From Saccostrea cucullata (taxonomy: Eukaryota): 64,000 bases of DNA. The stretch covers positions 62,001 to 126,000 of the forward strand of contig NW_026919281.1 in NCBI RefSeq assembly GCF_032062105.1, read 5' to 3'. Each line of letters starts with the position of its first letter. The stretch's first letter is position 1. Position numbers and translations under genes: made by a program. Under the pieces are notes generated by a model. That model saw only the letters and a list, made by a program, of their open reading frames with translations, was not told where the DNA came from and made no database searches. This document shows, piece by piece, positions 13,201 through 26,108 of the stretch.

Positions 13201-15931
13201 TTATAATGCCCCAAGATGATTGTGGGTCAGAAACTTTGCGCAGCCTAAATTGTTCGTCATAGGTGGACCAACCATTCCCAGATCTATCAGCGGCCATTCT
13301 TATATCCCTCATATATTTCAAGAATTCTTGGGCTCGTGTTCTGTATTTTTCTAACATAATACTTGTGAAGATGAGGAAGGCCGATGTCCATTTGTCAATT
13401 GACAAAAAGTTGCGGGGTTTATGCTTAACAAGGCACATTGTGCCATTACGTATTTGTATTTGGCCTTGTGTGTCTAAGTGGTCTGAAATTTCCCGCGCCG
13501 ATTTTAATAATGTTGATAGATCAATAAATTTTCCCTCCCAAATCTTTTGTTTAATTTTTTTAGGGGGACGTGGGCGCTGATAGGGTCTATACAGCTGGGG
13601 GTCTGAGCCGGTTGATAGTCTGAAATGCTAAATGGGGGCCCCTCTAATTCGTCATTGTTTGTATTGTACGATAAAGCATTTACTGTGGGGAGAATCAAGG
13701 TATTCGACTCACCCGACGTGTTGCTCAACGTATCCGACTCGATCCGATTTGCATCATGGGTGGAATCCGCCACCGTTGCTGTGGCTGTGTGCGTTGGTGT
13801 GGTGTTCTGGGGCAGGCTTCCCCTTGGACGGGCTGTAGTGTTTGAGGGGTCCTCCTCGTGGAAAGAACGATTGGCATGGTTAGGTCGTCTCCCTCGCCCT
13901 CTGCCTGGCGACACAAAGTTTCGATTACGCTCCTTCCTGGACCGTGTAGTGATCTTCGCTCGCACTGGAGGCATTGCTGGTCGGTTGGGTTGTGAAGATT
14001 GATACGATTACTTCTGATATTTTTTAAAATAATTTGTTATGTTGATCTAGTTTGCCTCGCTTTGTAGCTGAATGGCGGAAGAGGAAGTGATACTAACTTA
14101 TTAACTCGTACCAAGACGGCTTTTGAATTTTAGCCAATTCGTTCAATTAACAGTTCTAACATATCATAATGTGCTTCCGTCAATTAAATGAGATTAATTT
14201 GGTATAAGGGCAAATTAATCTGCCTTAATTTGAAGAATTATTTTGCTATTTGAATCTTTCATTTGACTTTTGAAGATACGACCTTTTTCTGGAAAAAAAG
14301 AATATATATATTTTTAAATATAATGAATTTCTCTCTTGGGTTAAGCTGTTTAAAATAAATTCTATGTTTAACGTCATCCGCACGCGTATGTTAAGGAGAA
14401 ATCCGTCTTTTCAAAATGCGATCAATATCTGAAAATTAGGTTTTATACTATTAACTTCTTAAAACACCTATATTGTCTTATTTATTTATGTGCCAACTTA
14501 TGTTTCTAAGTGCCAATCTTATGTTACATGTGCTATTTCATGTGCCAAACAAAAACAAACAGACTTTAAAAAAAAAAAAACAACAAAAAAAAAAACAATT
14601 GAAACAATTCAGAATTTCGTATATCCGTTCCGGTTTGGTTCTACATTTAGCGACATAATTCTGCTTCCCGTACTGACAGAAAAATGGGCTTCAATATTGT
14701 CATTATTGAGTAAATGTTGTTGGTGTCTTATTGAAAGAAGACTAATTAATTAAACAGAATGAGATCATAAATGTAAGTAGAAAATAGATGATGTTATGAA
14801 AGAAGTTAATGCTAAACTCCAGTTTGTTGATTTTTTTTTTGTCAGTCTTCGAATCACAGACTCTCAGATCAGTTCGTGATTATTTTGCCTGAAATTTTCA
14901 TCGAATTTTGGAGAATATCCAAACTTTACAAAGTGTGTCAAAAACCAAGATTTTATAATATACATTGAGATGCATCATTTAAATTTTAAAATTAACTTCA
15001 TCTTAAAATATTTCTTTAAAAATTTAAAGGAACAGTAAGATAAATTTCTTCATAAATGTAGTATTCATATACAATTAGCTACAATTTTTGGGAAGGATAA
15101 TACTAGTCATTTCCATTTGAGCAGAGAGAAGCTTACAGAAGATGGGGCCTTTCGAATGAAGGAGAGTAAGGAAAGTGATTGGGCTATTCCAAGAAGTGAA
15201 GAATCAAATTGTCATGTGTTTGGAATTCAAGGTAAGATAATCTAACAGCTACATGTACATGTATGGTCCAAATATTAGTAAAGCACTTTCAAAACTAAAT
15301 GCTTGTAATCCAGTACTATAAGTAAAAATACAGCATAATTAAATTTCAAGATATTTCAATATAAGAATGTACTGTATTAAATATTGTCATCATAAATTTT
15401 AATTGTAGATATTGTACAACTATTCCCACAAGAAGAAGCATTTCCCTACAGCCTAGTGCAGGGTACCATGTGGCAATATAAATCCAAAGGACAAACAAGG
15501 CCAAGTTAAAAGCCACTTTCCTGCAAATTTAGTCTATATTGTTTGCTTACAAAAGGACTCAACCCATTTACATACTAAGGGAAAAACTCTGCTTAGAAAT
15601 TAGACTTAGCTGTCATATCCAATACTCTTATTATTCAATTATAGTGTTTGTAATGTACTGAATAGGTTAATTTGAATAAATTCACAATTGTTTAAAAATT
15701 TTATTTTTTTCCTCCCTCCCTCGTAGGTTTTGAACTTTGGATGTGACGTTAAACATAGAATTAACTTTGAACAGCCTTCAGTAGTGTAACTCATTGAAAA
15801 AATGTTTGTGTCCCATGGTTATACTTAATGCTAAAAATGTTTTTGTCCCATGGTTTTCTGCAATGAAAAAACTAATTGTCCCAAGCCTGTTTGTACCGGT
15901 CCCATAATTGTGATAAATTTTGCCTGTTCCC
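10270..15931. mobile_element. PIF/Harbinger-like non-autonomous DNA transposon hosting the Ngaro element
   Basis: ~42-bp TIRs GGGACCAGGCAAAATTTATCACAATGATGGGACCAGTACAAA / GGGAACAGGCAAAATTTATCACAATTATGGGACCGGTACAAA, flanked by a TTA duplication (10267-10269, 15932-15934). Confidence 0.75.
10526..14230 (-). mobile_element. Ngaro/DIRS-type tyrosine-recombinase retrotransposon, internally deleted non-autonomous copy with split direct repeats
   Basis: 697-bp repeats 10526-11222 = 11971-12667 and 203-bp repeats 11774-11976 = 14028-14230, in A1-gag-B1-A2-spacer-B2 order on the minus strand. Frameshifted gag 13974-~12940 (WTSAFLIF...LKYMRDI...GWSTYDEQFR...LWL; Cys/His knuckle CYDFNSGKTCKFYPNCRFIHSCNSCGRSH). 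No RT or YR. TTAATT at both ends and at the internal junction. Confidence 0.88.
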
Positions 15932-16249
15932 TTATGTAAAATATGATTATGCCTGATTCAACAAAGAAGAGTACGGTACGTATAAAGAAGACAGATGGAT
16001 ATTTAAAAGAACAGTAAGATCGAAGAGGTTGTGTGGGTAATCAAATTAGATAAGCCTCGTGTAATTGGTGTCAACGTGCGGGAATCAAAATAAAAGTCAC
16101 TCGCTAAGCTGACGAATTAACCTAGCTAATATCATCCGTGGTTAGACGTAATTAATTCATATTTTGACGTTTTTGATATACCGACGTTTTTCATACTAAT
16201 TGTTAGTCAATTATTTACACACTGTACTGACGACGGATTCTTCCGTTAT

Positions 16250-16420
16250 TTCCCGATCATGACAGGAAGCGCACGGTGAGTCTGACCGGTCGGAAGGGGA
16301 TGCTCACTCCTCCAATACACCTGATCCCGCCTCAGATCTTTTACAGGGCTCTGTTTGTTCTGCTCCTATTTTGTATTGTTTATGGACTTTGATATTGTAT
16401 ACTGTTCGTTATCTCCATAT
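16250..16420 (+). repeat. Interspersed repeat (retroelement 3' end-like), second copy at ~23320-23372 on the minus strand
   Basis: gaccggtcggaaggggatgctcactcctccaatacacctgatcccgcctc resembles the reverse complement of 23320-23372 (gggatgcttacttcttctaggcaacggatcccacctc); absent from the paralogous block near 43630. Confidence 0.55.
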
Positions 16421-17274
16421 CCTTCATTTGCAAAGGCGTGGATATTAGACCTTTACTATGAAGAAATTTGACAAGCAGTTCTAAAATTCTTATGGAATCC
16501 TCTAATACCCGCACTAAATTCATAAAAACAGTAGTAGCATTTTAAAATATAACTCGCCAATTGACATCAATAAACCGCATGTTGACATCAATAAACTACA
16601 TGTTGATATAAATAAAGTACATATTGACAGCTGTATTTCTACAACTGATTTGGTGAACAAAATCCAAAATGAAACCATATTAAGCTTATCTTTTTAAAAA
16701 GATTTGTGAGCTAGCGCTGTAGCAAAATAAAATACAAGAGGAGATATCTGAACCATTTCTTTAATTTTCAGAATCGAATAACTATTAATAGGAAGGCACA
16801 TTGGCACACTGGGGGGTTTAGGTTTGGGGGATGGAGAGTGTCACAGTTCAGAATGGTGAATCAAAAAGTAGGCTACAAGTCGACAATGGATCAACTTCTA
16901 ACTGCTCTTTGAGCATTCTGTATTTTACTGTAATTTCAATTTTGAAGTGAAACACGGCATCTTCCAGCTAGCAAGCTTAGAAAACATATCCAAGGTTGCC
17001 TCGGTTTTCTGAGCTTGCTGGAAAGATCCAACAAGGTAGAAAAGAAAAACAAGGTATTCATTACAATTTAAGAAACAACAGACTTGGTTTGTATTACTCG
17101 AGTTACTGTTTCTTTTTGTTCATTTATGTGTAGGTTAGACCAAAAAAAACGAAACTTAAGATCATATGTATTTTCAGATGATAAATACTAAATTGAAATG
17201 TCTTTCCCACATACACTGAAAAGACTTTTTCCCCAAGCTTGGTGGAATTATTTCGAAAGGTGGTATAACTGGTG

Positions 17275-17309
<35 letters not shown>

Positions 17310-17424
17310 GGCAACCTTAGATCCAGACATGTCTTAAACTTATAAAAACCCGACACTCTAAATGAAGCATTTTGTCAGTTGGTCATTTGTCAAAACTTTT
17401 ATTAAGAGTGTTTTGGTAGTATTA

Positions 17425-17893
17425 ATAGCACATGTCATTTCATATTAGTGAAACCCGCCTCATCAGGGGTTTACCTTATGCATAATTTGTTTGTAGCATC
17501 GTCCGTTGAACTAAAAAAAATCATTTTCAAATATACATCGGAGAATAAAGATAAGATTAGAACTGCAAGCTAGAGGTAATTCCAGATGAAAAGTTTCTGA
17601 ACAATGTGCACCAGGAAATGATCACAGTAGTGACCTATATTTTCAGTTGGTGTGCCGCATTGAGAGAGAATTGGCCGACCAAGTGGAATTTTTCGGAGGC
17701 TGCATCGGCTCTGAGGGCCGAGTATAGATTTAATTTGCGGTCTCTACTGGAAAGGGGTGACGTCCCAAGATGAGTAAAACAGTCTCGAAAAGGACATTAC
17801 ACAAACAAGAAACGAACAAGCAAAACTATATTGACCAAATAGTGCGTTCTTTCAGCTGCCCGCATAGGCAAAGACTGAACCAAACTTGAATAA
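17425..17893 (-). mobile_element. Penelope remnant, paralog of 47610-48967 with internal deletions
   Basis: Direct similarity, e.g. cagttggtgtgccgcattgagagag and gagtatagattt, at the same position relative to cGLR copy 2 as the longer remnant is to copy 4. Confidence 0.75.
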
Positions 17894-18032
17894 NNNNNNN
17901 NNNNNNNNNNNNNNNNNNNNNNNNNNNNNNNNNNNNNNNNNNNNNNNNNNNNNNNNNNNNNNNNNNNNNNNNNNNNNNNNNNNNNNNNNNNNNNNNNNNN
18001 NNNNNNNNNNNNNNNNNNNNNNNNNNNNNNNN
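17894..18032. other. Assembly gap (139 N)
   Basis: Run of N; its flanks correspond to 48967 and 49042 in the paralogous block, which are 74 bp apart. Confidence 0.99.
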
Positions 18033-18471
18033 TAAACTGATTTAAATAAACAAACTTTAAGTATATGTATTTCATCCAAAAAGTTATGGTGATGGTTTGT
18101 ATTTACTTGAAGGTCTGGCGACACGTTCCTCGAATAATTGGAGTTTTTATTTATTTCTTGGGAACACTAGTAATACAGAAATATCTATGACTATTATCCA
18201 TATGAATTCTTAACTGTTTTCAAAATGCTTTAAAGTGTACCAAACATTGAAATATATGTACATTTAAAGTGATATACAATGTATTTTATTTATATATAAT
18301 AACACACATTACATTGGTTTCCACATGCATTTTTTTTTAATTTAACAACAGGTATTTGCTAAGTTATTGTTATTGATACTTGTTACATTATTCACTTAAC
18401 TATAGCTTTAAAAATGATTATTCATTAAGTCTGCAGAAAAGCAACAATTGTAACAATCGCAGTATTTTTTA

Positions 18472-20375
18472 TCATTTCTTTTTTGTTTTACATTGTTTCT
18501 TTGTGTTCTGTCTTGTTTTGTTTTTCAATTTTCTTTTGGCTATCGTTGCAAGTTTTTCAGAATTTTCTCGAGCATGAGAATACAACAAACAAAAACGTAT
18601 ATCTTTGTAAGAGTCATACAGTTTTCGAAGTGTATTTTTACAATTCCTGCTATGTCCCATCTCCAAATGACAAAGGAACATCAAAAATAATGCGTATGAT
18701 TTGTCATACATTACGAAGTCATTCATCGGACAAGCATGAACATCACTTTTAAGATCTTCGGGATAACAACAGCTATTTCTAGGAAAGGATATATTCCATG
18801 AGCAATATTTTTCTAAAAGATGCGATATATTACACCTTGGTTTGTCAATATCACACAAGAGGAAACTATTATAAATAACAAACATGAGTATACTATCTGG
18901 TAATTTGTCGAGAACATGACAGAGCACTTCTATTGCAGAGTTATATTTTCCCTGGCAATACCACAGTGTGGCTAAAAATAGTCCTGCAGATGCCAGAAAA
19001 TTCCGTTCCAAGATAAAGGCTGCCTCCGCAGACAGTAGGTACTGGGTAAAACCAGTCAAAACAAACTTTTCATAAAGAATGACCCCAGCTCTTTTCATAA
19101 AACTGATGAATAGATATTTCAGCGACGCAATTATTCGTTCGTCTTTCTCATTTTCTAAAAACTGAAATATTTTTACAATGGAAAGCATACATTTTTGAAA
19201 GGTTCCCTGGTACCCTTTCACATTCATCAATGCCATAGAAAACGTCATGAGGTCTCGTAATTTTTTTGGGTTTTGCTGAATCATACGAGCAGGATTATTA
19301 AGAGATGAAATTCTGGTTACACTTACAAGATAATATGGCTTTGATTTCATGACATCCAAAAGAATTTCTTCAATTTTGCTTTTTTTCGTTAAAGTTGTAC
19401 CCTGGAGAAAAAGGTTGCATTCTGGGAAAAAATAATTAGGACAAACACCTTTACTAACAAATAAAATTAGGCGTGTAAAACAAATCCAAAAGCAGTAGAG
19501 AATATTTCTTGGAATCCAAAAATCGGAATGTATATCTTCCAAAACATGAAACAAAACTGTCTTTAAATGATATGAACTCAAAGTGTCATACATTTCACTA
19601 TGTTCTTCAATTTTATCATGGATAACAATTTTCAATAAACCATAACAACAGAATTGAACGTGATTTAGTGAATGAATAATGTGTTGCTCAAGAGCACAGA
19701 ATGATTTAAGCCACTGGATACCTTTAACATCGCCGTTTGTGGGACCTTTTGGAACAACATGCATCACGGTAACACTTTTTTCTAACAGACGTAACTTTAA
19801 ATCATTCCAAAATGTTGTGGAAAAATTCCTCAAAATCTTATGTGAGGAAATTGGGTGTATAGGAAAGCAAAAGCAAACATCGTATTCCCTCGATATGTAT
19901 GATGTAACACATGGTCCGTGACTTGTGCTATCGGTGCATTTATTGTAGCTGTATTTGTGACAATCTTCAAAAAACTTTATCCTAGAAACACACTCGGCAT
20001 CACACACTTTGACAAACCTTTTCATTAAACTAACAAAAGGATAAGGCACAAGTTTACAGAAGCTTGGTTTGCAACCAATGTCACTTGCAATGAATTTAAT
20101 ATGTTTAAAGTTTGTCAATCCTTCTAATTCCATGACAACAGTTTCTTTTGTTAAGGACCACATTATATCAAGATCACTCCAATGAAATTTAAATCCTTCA
20201 GCGGCACTTCCAGAAATGAATTGATCACTTATCTGACTAACATTCATCACCTCCACATAGACTCCGTTTATTTCTCTTCGTAATTTAACATCTTCCTCTG
20301 TGCCTATTGCAAAATCCAAGTATTTCCAAAGTTCCCTGGTATAGAAATCCATCATTTGTTTAGTAGGAGTCGATC
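18472..20375 (-). CDS. cGAS-like receptor (cGLR)/Mab-21 family nucleotidyltransferase, copy 2, exon 2 (intact; NTase + Mab-21 C-terminal lobe + helical TPR-like C-terminal region)
   Basis: Uninterrupted 627-aa ORF. It has the NTase signature SGSAAEG...SDLD (G49, S50, D61, D63 of the ORF), a third acidic residue in EYDV (D159), and HGP, HVVPK, WLKSF..LE, YGLLK, SSYHLKT and CPNYFFPECNLF motifs typical of invertebrate Mab-21/cGLR proteins. The C-terminal LFLATLWYCQGKYNSAIEVL is TPR-like. An acceptor ...catgtaaaAG|GATCG at 20376/20375 (CAG in copy 4) adds STPTKQ before MM in frame. Confidence 0.9.
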
Positions 20376-20639
20376 CTTTTACATGAAATATAGCAAAACA
20401 TGTTCAGGCATTTGATCGTACACTCTTTCCTTTGTTTAACATTTCAAAGGGATTTTTAAATTGCGTTAAATTTCACAAAAGGGCGTAACATAAGGAATAA
20501 TTTATAATTATTTTAAAAGACATTATGAAGATTCATATTCATTCTAAACTACAACCATGAACTTAATAAACAGTAAAGAGAAAATCGAAATTCGGTCAAC
20601 TTATCGTTGAGGTAAATGAATGGATTGATAGATATTTAC

Positions 20640-20715
20640 CGTGTTGTAAGCATTGCATTTGTAGCAAAATTTTCTCCTTTGAAAACTGCCTAAATTTCTG
20701 TTTCACTTCCTCCAT
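20640..20715 (-). CDS. cGLR copy 2, coding exon 1 (MEEVKQKFRQFSKEKILLQMQCLQH + G, phase 1)
   Basis: aaaATGG start at 20715; 76 nt ending CACG|GTAAAT. The phase-1 donor joins exon 2 in frame across a 264-nt intron (20376-20639). A 76-nt open exon with a GT donor is also present in copy 3 (42483-42558) and copy 4 (51624-51699). Confidence 0.8.
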
Positions 20716-20961
20716 TTTGTCAGGCTGTCACAAATTCTCGCATACTCTCAGGCAAGATCAATTATTCTATTTAATATCCTCCGGTTATAGAATTGCATCA
20801 TATATATCGATTGCTTGCTTAGGGATATTTAATGGTTGTATAGTGGTATATTTCTGCCTTCAACATACAATTTAAAACATGATCGTGACGTAAACCTTTT
20901 GTTTGTGTTGTCCATTCTATAGCTTAGTGTTGAGCTTACTCCCCTAACAATCAATTAAGTC

Positions 20962-21069
20962 ACCTGTATGTGTCCATTCTTTTTGGAAAACTGTCCATTC
21001 TTTTTAAGAATGGACAGTTTTTAAAAAAAGAATGGACAGTTAAAACAAACAGAATGGAGAGTTACAGGT
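20962..21069. repeat. Small TIR element made of opposed tgtccattct repeats
   Basis: acctgta...tacaggt ends; tgtccattct x2 then agaatgga x3. It sits where similarity between the copy 2 upstream region and those of copies 3 and 4 ends. Confidence 0.6.
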
Positions 21070-23729
21070 AAACCTTTGCATGTGTACAAGAAGGAAACAA
21101 AAACAAATTAATACATTAAATACGATTTAATGTACAGTTGAATAACAAAAAGAACTTGGAGATATAGGTTAATCCAGAACACAGTGTCTGCATCGGATCT
21201 GTTCGATTTTACACATTTAAGCCCATGAATAATACACATTATTTCAATTCACAAAACTTGAATTTAAATGACACAATTTCACATTTGAATAAGATTTTGG
21301 AAGCATCATTTCCTCGAGAAGAATCCATTTTAAGCTTAAAGTAGACTTATATTAAATCCATCATCCAGAAAACTCGTTATTTGCAACACGAAAACGACAC
21401 TGCTGCAGTGAATATTTCGGTAGAAAATAATATAAATTAAAACATTTCCAGATTTGATTTGATATACATTTTCAGGTCGAAGTTTCGCTCATGGCTATCC
21501 AACACTCGCAACACAATTTGCATTTCACCATTATACACTGCTGCAATTAATATATCCTCAAAAACTGAATTCAAAAAAAAAATCTGGTTTGAATTCGAAA
21601 TATCTGTATTTGTCGTCGAACTTTTGAGGGGATCAAATTTTGGATAATATTTTCTTTAACGCTTACTATTCTCTGTTTCCATGTCAAACTATCACTGGTT
21701 GTATGCATCTTTTGGTTTCAATTCGATTTCGATGCTTTAAAATGCTTGTAATGCGGTAATTCGCGCCTTTTTAAGCGGTTAGCTAGCTAACCGCTTTATG
21801 GCATGGGCTCCAAAAAACCGGAAACTTCCATAAGGCACTACCTATCGACTTCGCTTTATCGCACGTTACCTTATCCTTCTGCAATCAAAACCGGAAACTT
21901 CCACAAAGCGCTACTTATCGACAACGGTAACTTCAGCAAAGCGCTTCCTATGATTTGTATACTGTTGGCGTAATACACCCCCTGGTGAGAGATTGACAAT
22001 ATGCTGTGTATGAAGAGTGGCTATTATAACGACTATATCGAATTCTTATTAGTATTTACCAAAGCATTGACAATACTTAGAACACTTACTTCAAAGAACT
22101 GAGAATTAGGTCCTTATTACATGTACATCGTGCGATCGCGATTTATAGCAAATGTTAGTTTATTTTTGAAAGTTGAACGATACGGTTTATTAAACAGCAG
22201 GTTGAAGGTTATTACAGACTGCAAAATCATCAGCAAATCTCTCGATCGAGTTTGATTTTCCTTGCCAAAGTATTAAGAAACAGCATTTATTAAGTTAAGT
22301 AATACCTGAAAAACGCTTTTATAAAAACACCGAATGCATCTGTAAGTTTTACACTTTTTGTAACGTTTTTATGGAAACAATAGGATTACCTCCACAATGA
22401 AACGTTTGTTTTTCTTCTCTTTTCTTCTCTGTCTAATAAACAGATTATAAAAGCTCTGCTCCCTGGGGTAAATTCTCTACTCCTTCTTTGATAATTTATT
22501 ACAAACGATCATAAGGGATCACTTACTTTTAGTTTTGAAAAAAAAATAATGGGGCACTTAAAGTACATGTAGTAAAATTAATTTTGAAAAAAAATGGAGA
22601 AATATATATAAATTTTAATCAGCATTGTCATCCTCTTCTAAAAATCAACCGATATTATTTTCACAGAAGAATAAGGTATGAAAAATTTTGGCAATTAGCA
22701 AAAATTTAAAATATATACTTAATATTTATAAGTTTTGAAAATTTGATCAATTCCTAGGGAACGTATTATTTGCTGTGAAAATACTTTTAAAATTTGAATT
22801 TGTCTAATTTGTCGATTATTGTTTTTAGCGTTTGAGAAGAATTAAATTAAGATACAGGTGGTTAGAGGCACATTGAAAAGAAATCAGTGTATATTGTTTC
22901 ACCGACATATTGAAGAAAGTGACACTGGTAACTTCTTAAGTTACACTGATTTTTAGTGTACATTTGAATTTTTAAATACTAGTATTGATTGATTAGACAA
23001 CTTTCCTTTTCAAGTTTTATTTGAGAACAATATTGCATGAAGAGTATATGGCAAATACACATTATATGTACTTATCTAGACATATTGTGCAAGACTTCTT
23101 TTAAATGATTCTCATATACCATTTACTTTATTCGAACATTTACTTGTTTGAAAAGTCAATAAAGTACATTTCATAAAGCTTGATAATCTTGTTTACTCGC
23201 CAGTCTTCCCGTAGAAGTAGTAGTTTATAATATTACTAAACGGAAGTATTCAGTATCTGTATCAAAATACAGAATGATCAATGATCGATTTAAGAAGAAA
23301 AGCTGACTCCTGAAAGTTCAGGAGGTGGGATCCGTTGCCTAGAAGAAGTAAGCATCCCTCGTTGACAGGTTAATTATATAGCCGCGATGAGCTACACAAC
23401 TGAAGCTCTCTGATATCAATTCATTTACAAAGTCTCTGCTCAGCCATCCTTTTTTCTCTGACTAGCCAGCTGTAGATCTACACTATCCCAATTCCAGTAA
23501 TCTAAAGAATTTAACTTGTCATTTTTTTAGTTGTTTGCTATAGTAGGCTTTACAATTACCTAATTTCAGATTCAATAGAGCATAAAAGACAATTAAATTT
23601 TAAACATCAACATAATTGTTTTCATCCAGAGAACAATTGGATGCCATCAAGAAAGAACTTTTAAAAATGCACTTCCTGTCTTTCAAACTGAAGAAATCTC
23701 ATGTTTAAATTTTGAAACATGCATTTCAA

Positions 23730-24275
23730 TCTAATTAAAATTTGTTTAAATGTTCCAAATCCGCTACCGCTTTTGAAACATCTAACATCCCATTCGGGGT
23801 CACATCAGAGCGACCTTTCGATTATGAATACATGTACAAGTAAACACAAACACTTTGGCCATGTAGATTCAAGCCTCGGTAAACAATTCTCAAATTAATT
23901 CCACGGCTACATATCATCACTATTGATACTGTCTTACGTTGAATTAAAGTAATTTTGGAATAAATTTCATGTATATTCTGCAGTCTGGCATCTGAACGTG
24001 AATAATGCAAACGAAAGAGCACAAACTATACAAGATACCCCACACGCCATACATAACACAGCTTTTGCAATGCATATTTTTTTTACTACAAAACTCCTCG
24101 GGTGTTTTGGTTCGGTGGTGAAAACAAGAAACCCATCTGAACTATAAGCCAGGATTTCGGAGGAACCATTTTCTTTGGCTAATCGAAGATTCACTCTTAC
24201 ATGACCCAAAATAGGATGTTGTTAGATGTTTGAGAAGCAGTAGCGGATTCGGAACATCTAATTTTAATTAGATTG
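23730..24275. repeat. Diverged inverted repeat pair (MITE-like)
   Basis: atgttccaaatccgctaccgcttttgaaacatctaaca (23750) vs tgttagatgtttgagaagcagtagcggattcggaacat (24220-24257). Confidence 0.6.
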
Positions 24276-25304
24276 CATCCATCTGTGACATCAGTTTGGA
24301 ATGTTATTGGTTTTACTATTAAGTTAAGTATTACAAAAACAGAATGTCTGGGTTTTTTTCTCTGATGACATTGGACAAAGATATGCATACTTAAATATCA
24401 TCATTTTATGCACTTTTTCGGAACATATTAGATGAAAGCATGCTAACCGCTTTTCAGTACTTTCAGTACTTTGATTTCTCTAATGGGTTATCAATGGGTT
24501 ATCATACTCTGGTTTGTAGAAATAAATTGAGTCAGATTTTAGACCTCATATATGGATAACTTGTATTTTGACTGAAACTTTGGAGTTTTTATTTTCTATT
24601 TCCGACAAAAACAGCTGTCAGTAGGGTTCTGTATGAAAATGGTCGTGATTATCATTGCATCGGAAAGTGTCCGATGCATGGTTAATTTGTGTCCATGTAC
24701 AGAGAAATGAACATACTAGTAAGAACCAGCTCTAAAAAGAATTATACAAACATTGAAGAGAAATTTATTTAAAATTTATGTAAAATTGCCAATCTTTGAC
24801 AACATTCACCAAAGTCTGACTCGTTCCGTTGAAGTCAAATTTAAAGAACAATAACTCTAAAAATTGCAAAATCATAAATTTCTGGTTATTCCCCTTTGAT
24901 GATGTAAAATATGATGTATCTTCATGGGTATTTTCAGGGTATTTTATCGCAACATGATAATTACAATCGGTATCATTAAAAAATTTAAATCCTCATATTT
25001 AAGACAGAAACAAATAAATACACGGAACTCGTAAGTTGAAAGAGAACTTATTACCTAAAGTTGTTCGAAGCAAGGTATGTGTCCGATGCATGGTGAATTC
25101 AACCTAATTTAATTTTACTTGTAGCATGTCATTTGATTGGATAAAAGATTTTATCCATTTTGTATAACATAACTTGCCTACGTCACAATGAGTAACGTCA
25201 AAAAACGTATGACTCTGCTTGACGTTACTTTTAAAAATTTAATCAATGTGAAGCTTTTTCTGGGGAAAAACTGTCTCATTGTCTGCACTGAAATTAAATT
25301 ATAT

Positions 25305-25460
25305 GGAATGAAGCTTATTTCAACTTATATTATACGATATAACAAAACTTGGGACAGTTTACGCTTTTTTAAAAACCGCTTCGCGGTTTATAAAGCGTAA
25401 ACTGCACCAAGTTATGTTTCATGTATATCGTATAATATAAGTTGAAATAAGCTTCATTCC
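25305..25460. repeat. ~155-bp palindrome with a GCGAAGC centre (minus strand)
   Basis: ggaatgaagcttatttcaacttatattatacgatata...tatatcgtataatataagttgaaataagcttcattcc; centre aaaccgc-ttc-gcggttt. Confidence 0.85.
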
Positions 25461-26108
25461 TTAAATGAAGTTCACATACTTTAAAGTATTGCATCAGTAG
25501 ATGTGCGATTTTCTGAACCAGATATGCCTCCTTTGTATAATCTAAACTACAATAAAAGATATATTCTGTACTTCCTCAGTAATGCACCATGCCAATTTTG
25601 CTTTGCTATATGTCTGCCAACTTAATCTTCTTCCAGTGTTAGATAAAATCCCACGTCTTCTGCTGTTTGAAAAAAAAATAAATGTAGATTGGATTCGGCA
25701 TGTCTCTGGTCTGTGTTTACATTGATCCATGGTAACAATAAAAAAGTTAAGGCTCTACGAAGGGAAATACATTTAAAATTTTATTATCTTATTAGTACAT
25801 ATTTAAAACAATCCGATTAAAAAAAAATCTTTGAATTGCAGTTGACGATGTCTAAAAAAACCCTTAACGTGAAAACCATGTGTGGTAGCATCGGTCATTT
25901 ATCAATTATTTCCATAACATTATTTATTTAACTTTAGGTTTACTTACTTCTTTGCGTAATTTCTTTATCTTCGTATTCGATTTGTTTATTCATGAAACCG
26001 GAAGTGAGTGATCTTTTATTTCCAAACGTATTTTATTTCGAGACTTTTCATTTGCTACTTCTAAATTTATTTTCAAATCACATAAGGGCTAACTTTTGCT
26101 TTTATTCT

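Noticed and set aside
15095-15240. Exon-like purine-rich stretch ending AG|GTAAGA inside the Harbinger-like element
   Set aside because: No clear acceptor or recognisable peptide; cannot distinguish a captured exon from chance.
18420-18450. Acceptor-like ttgcttttctg(c/t)ag just 3' of the cGLR stop in copies 1-3
   Set aside because: Lost in copy 4, and splicing exon 1 to it yields only 7-10 codons; no support without transcripts.
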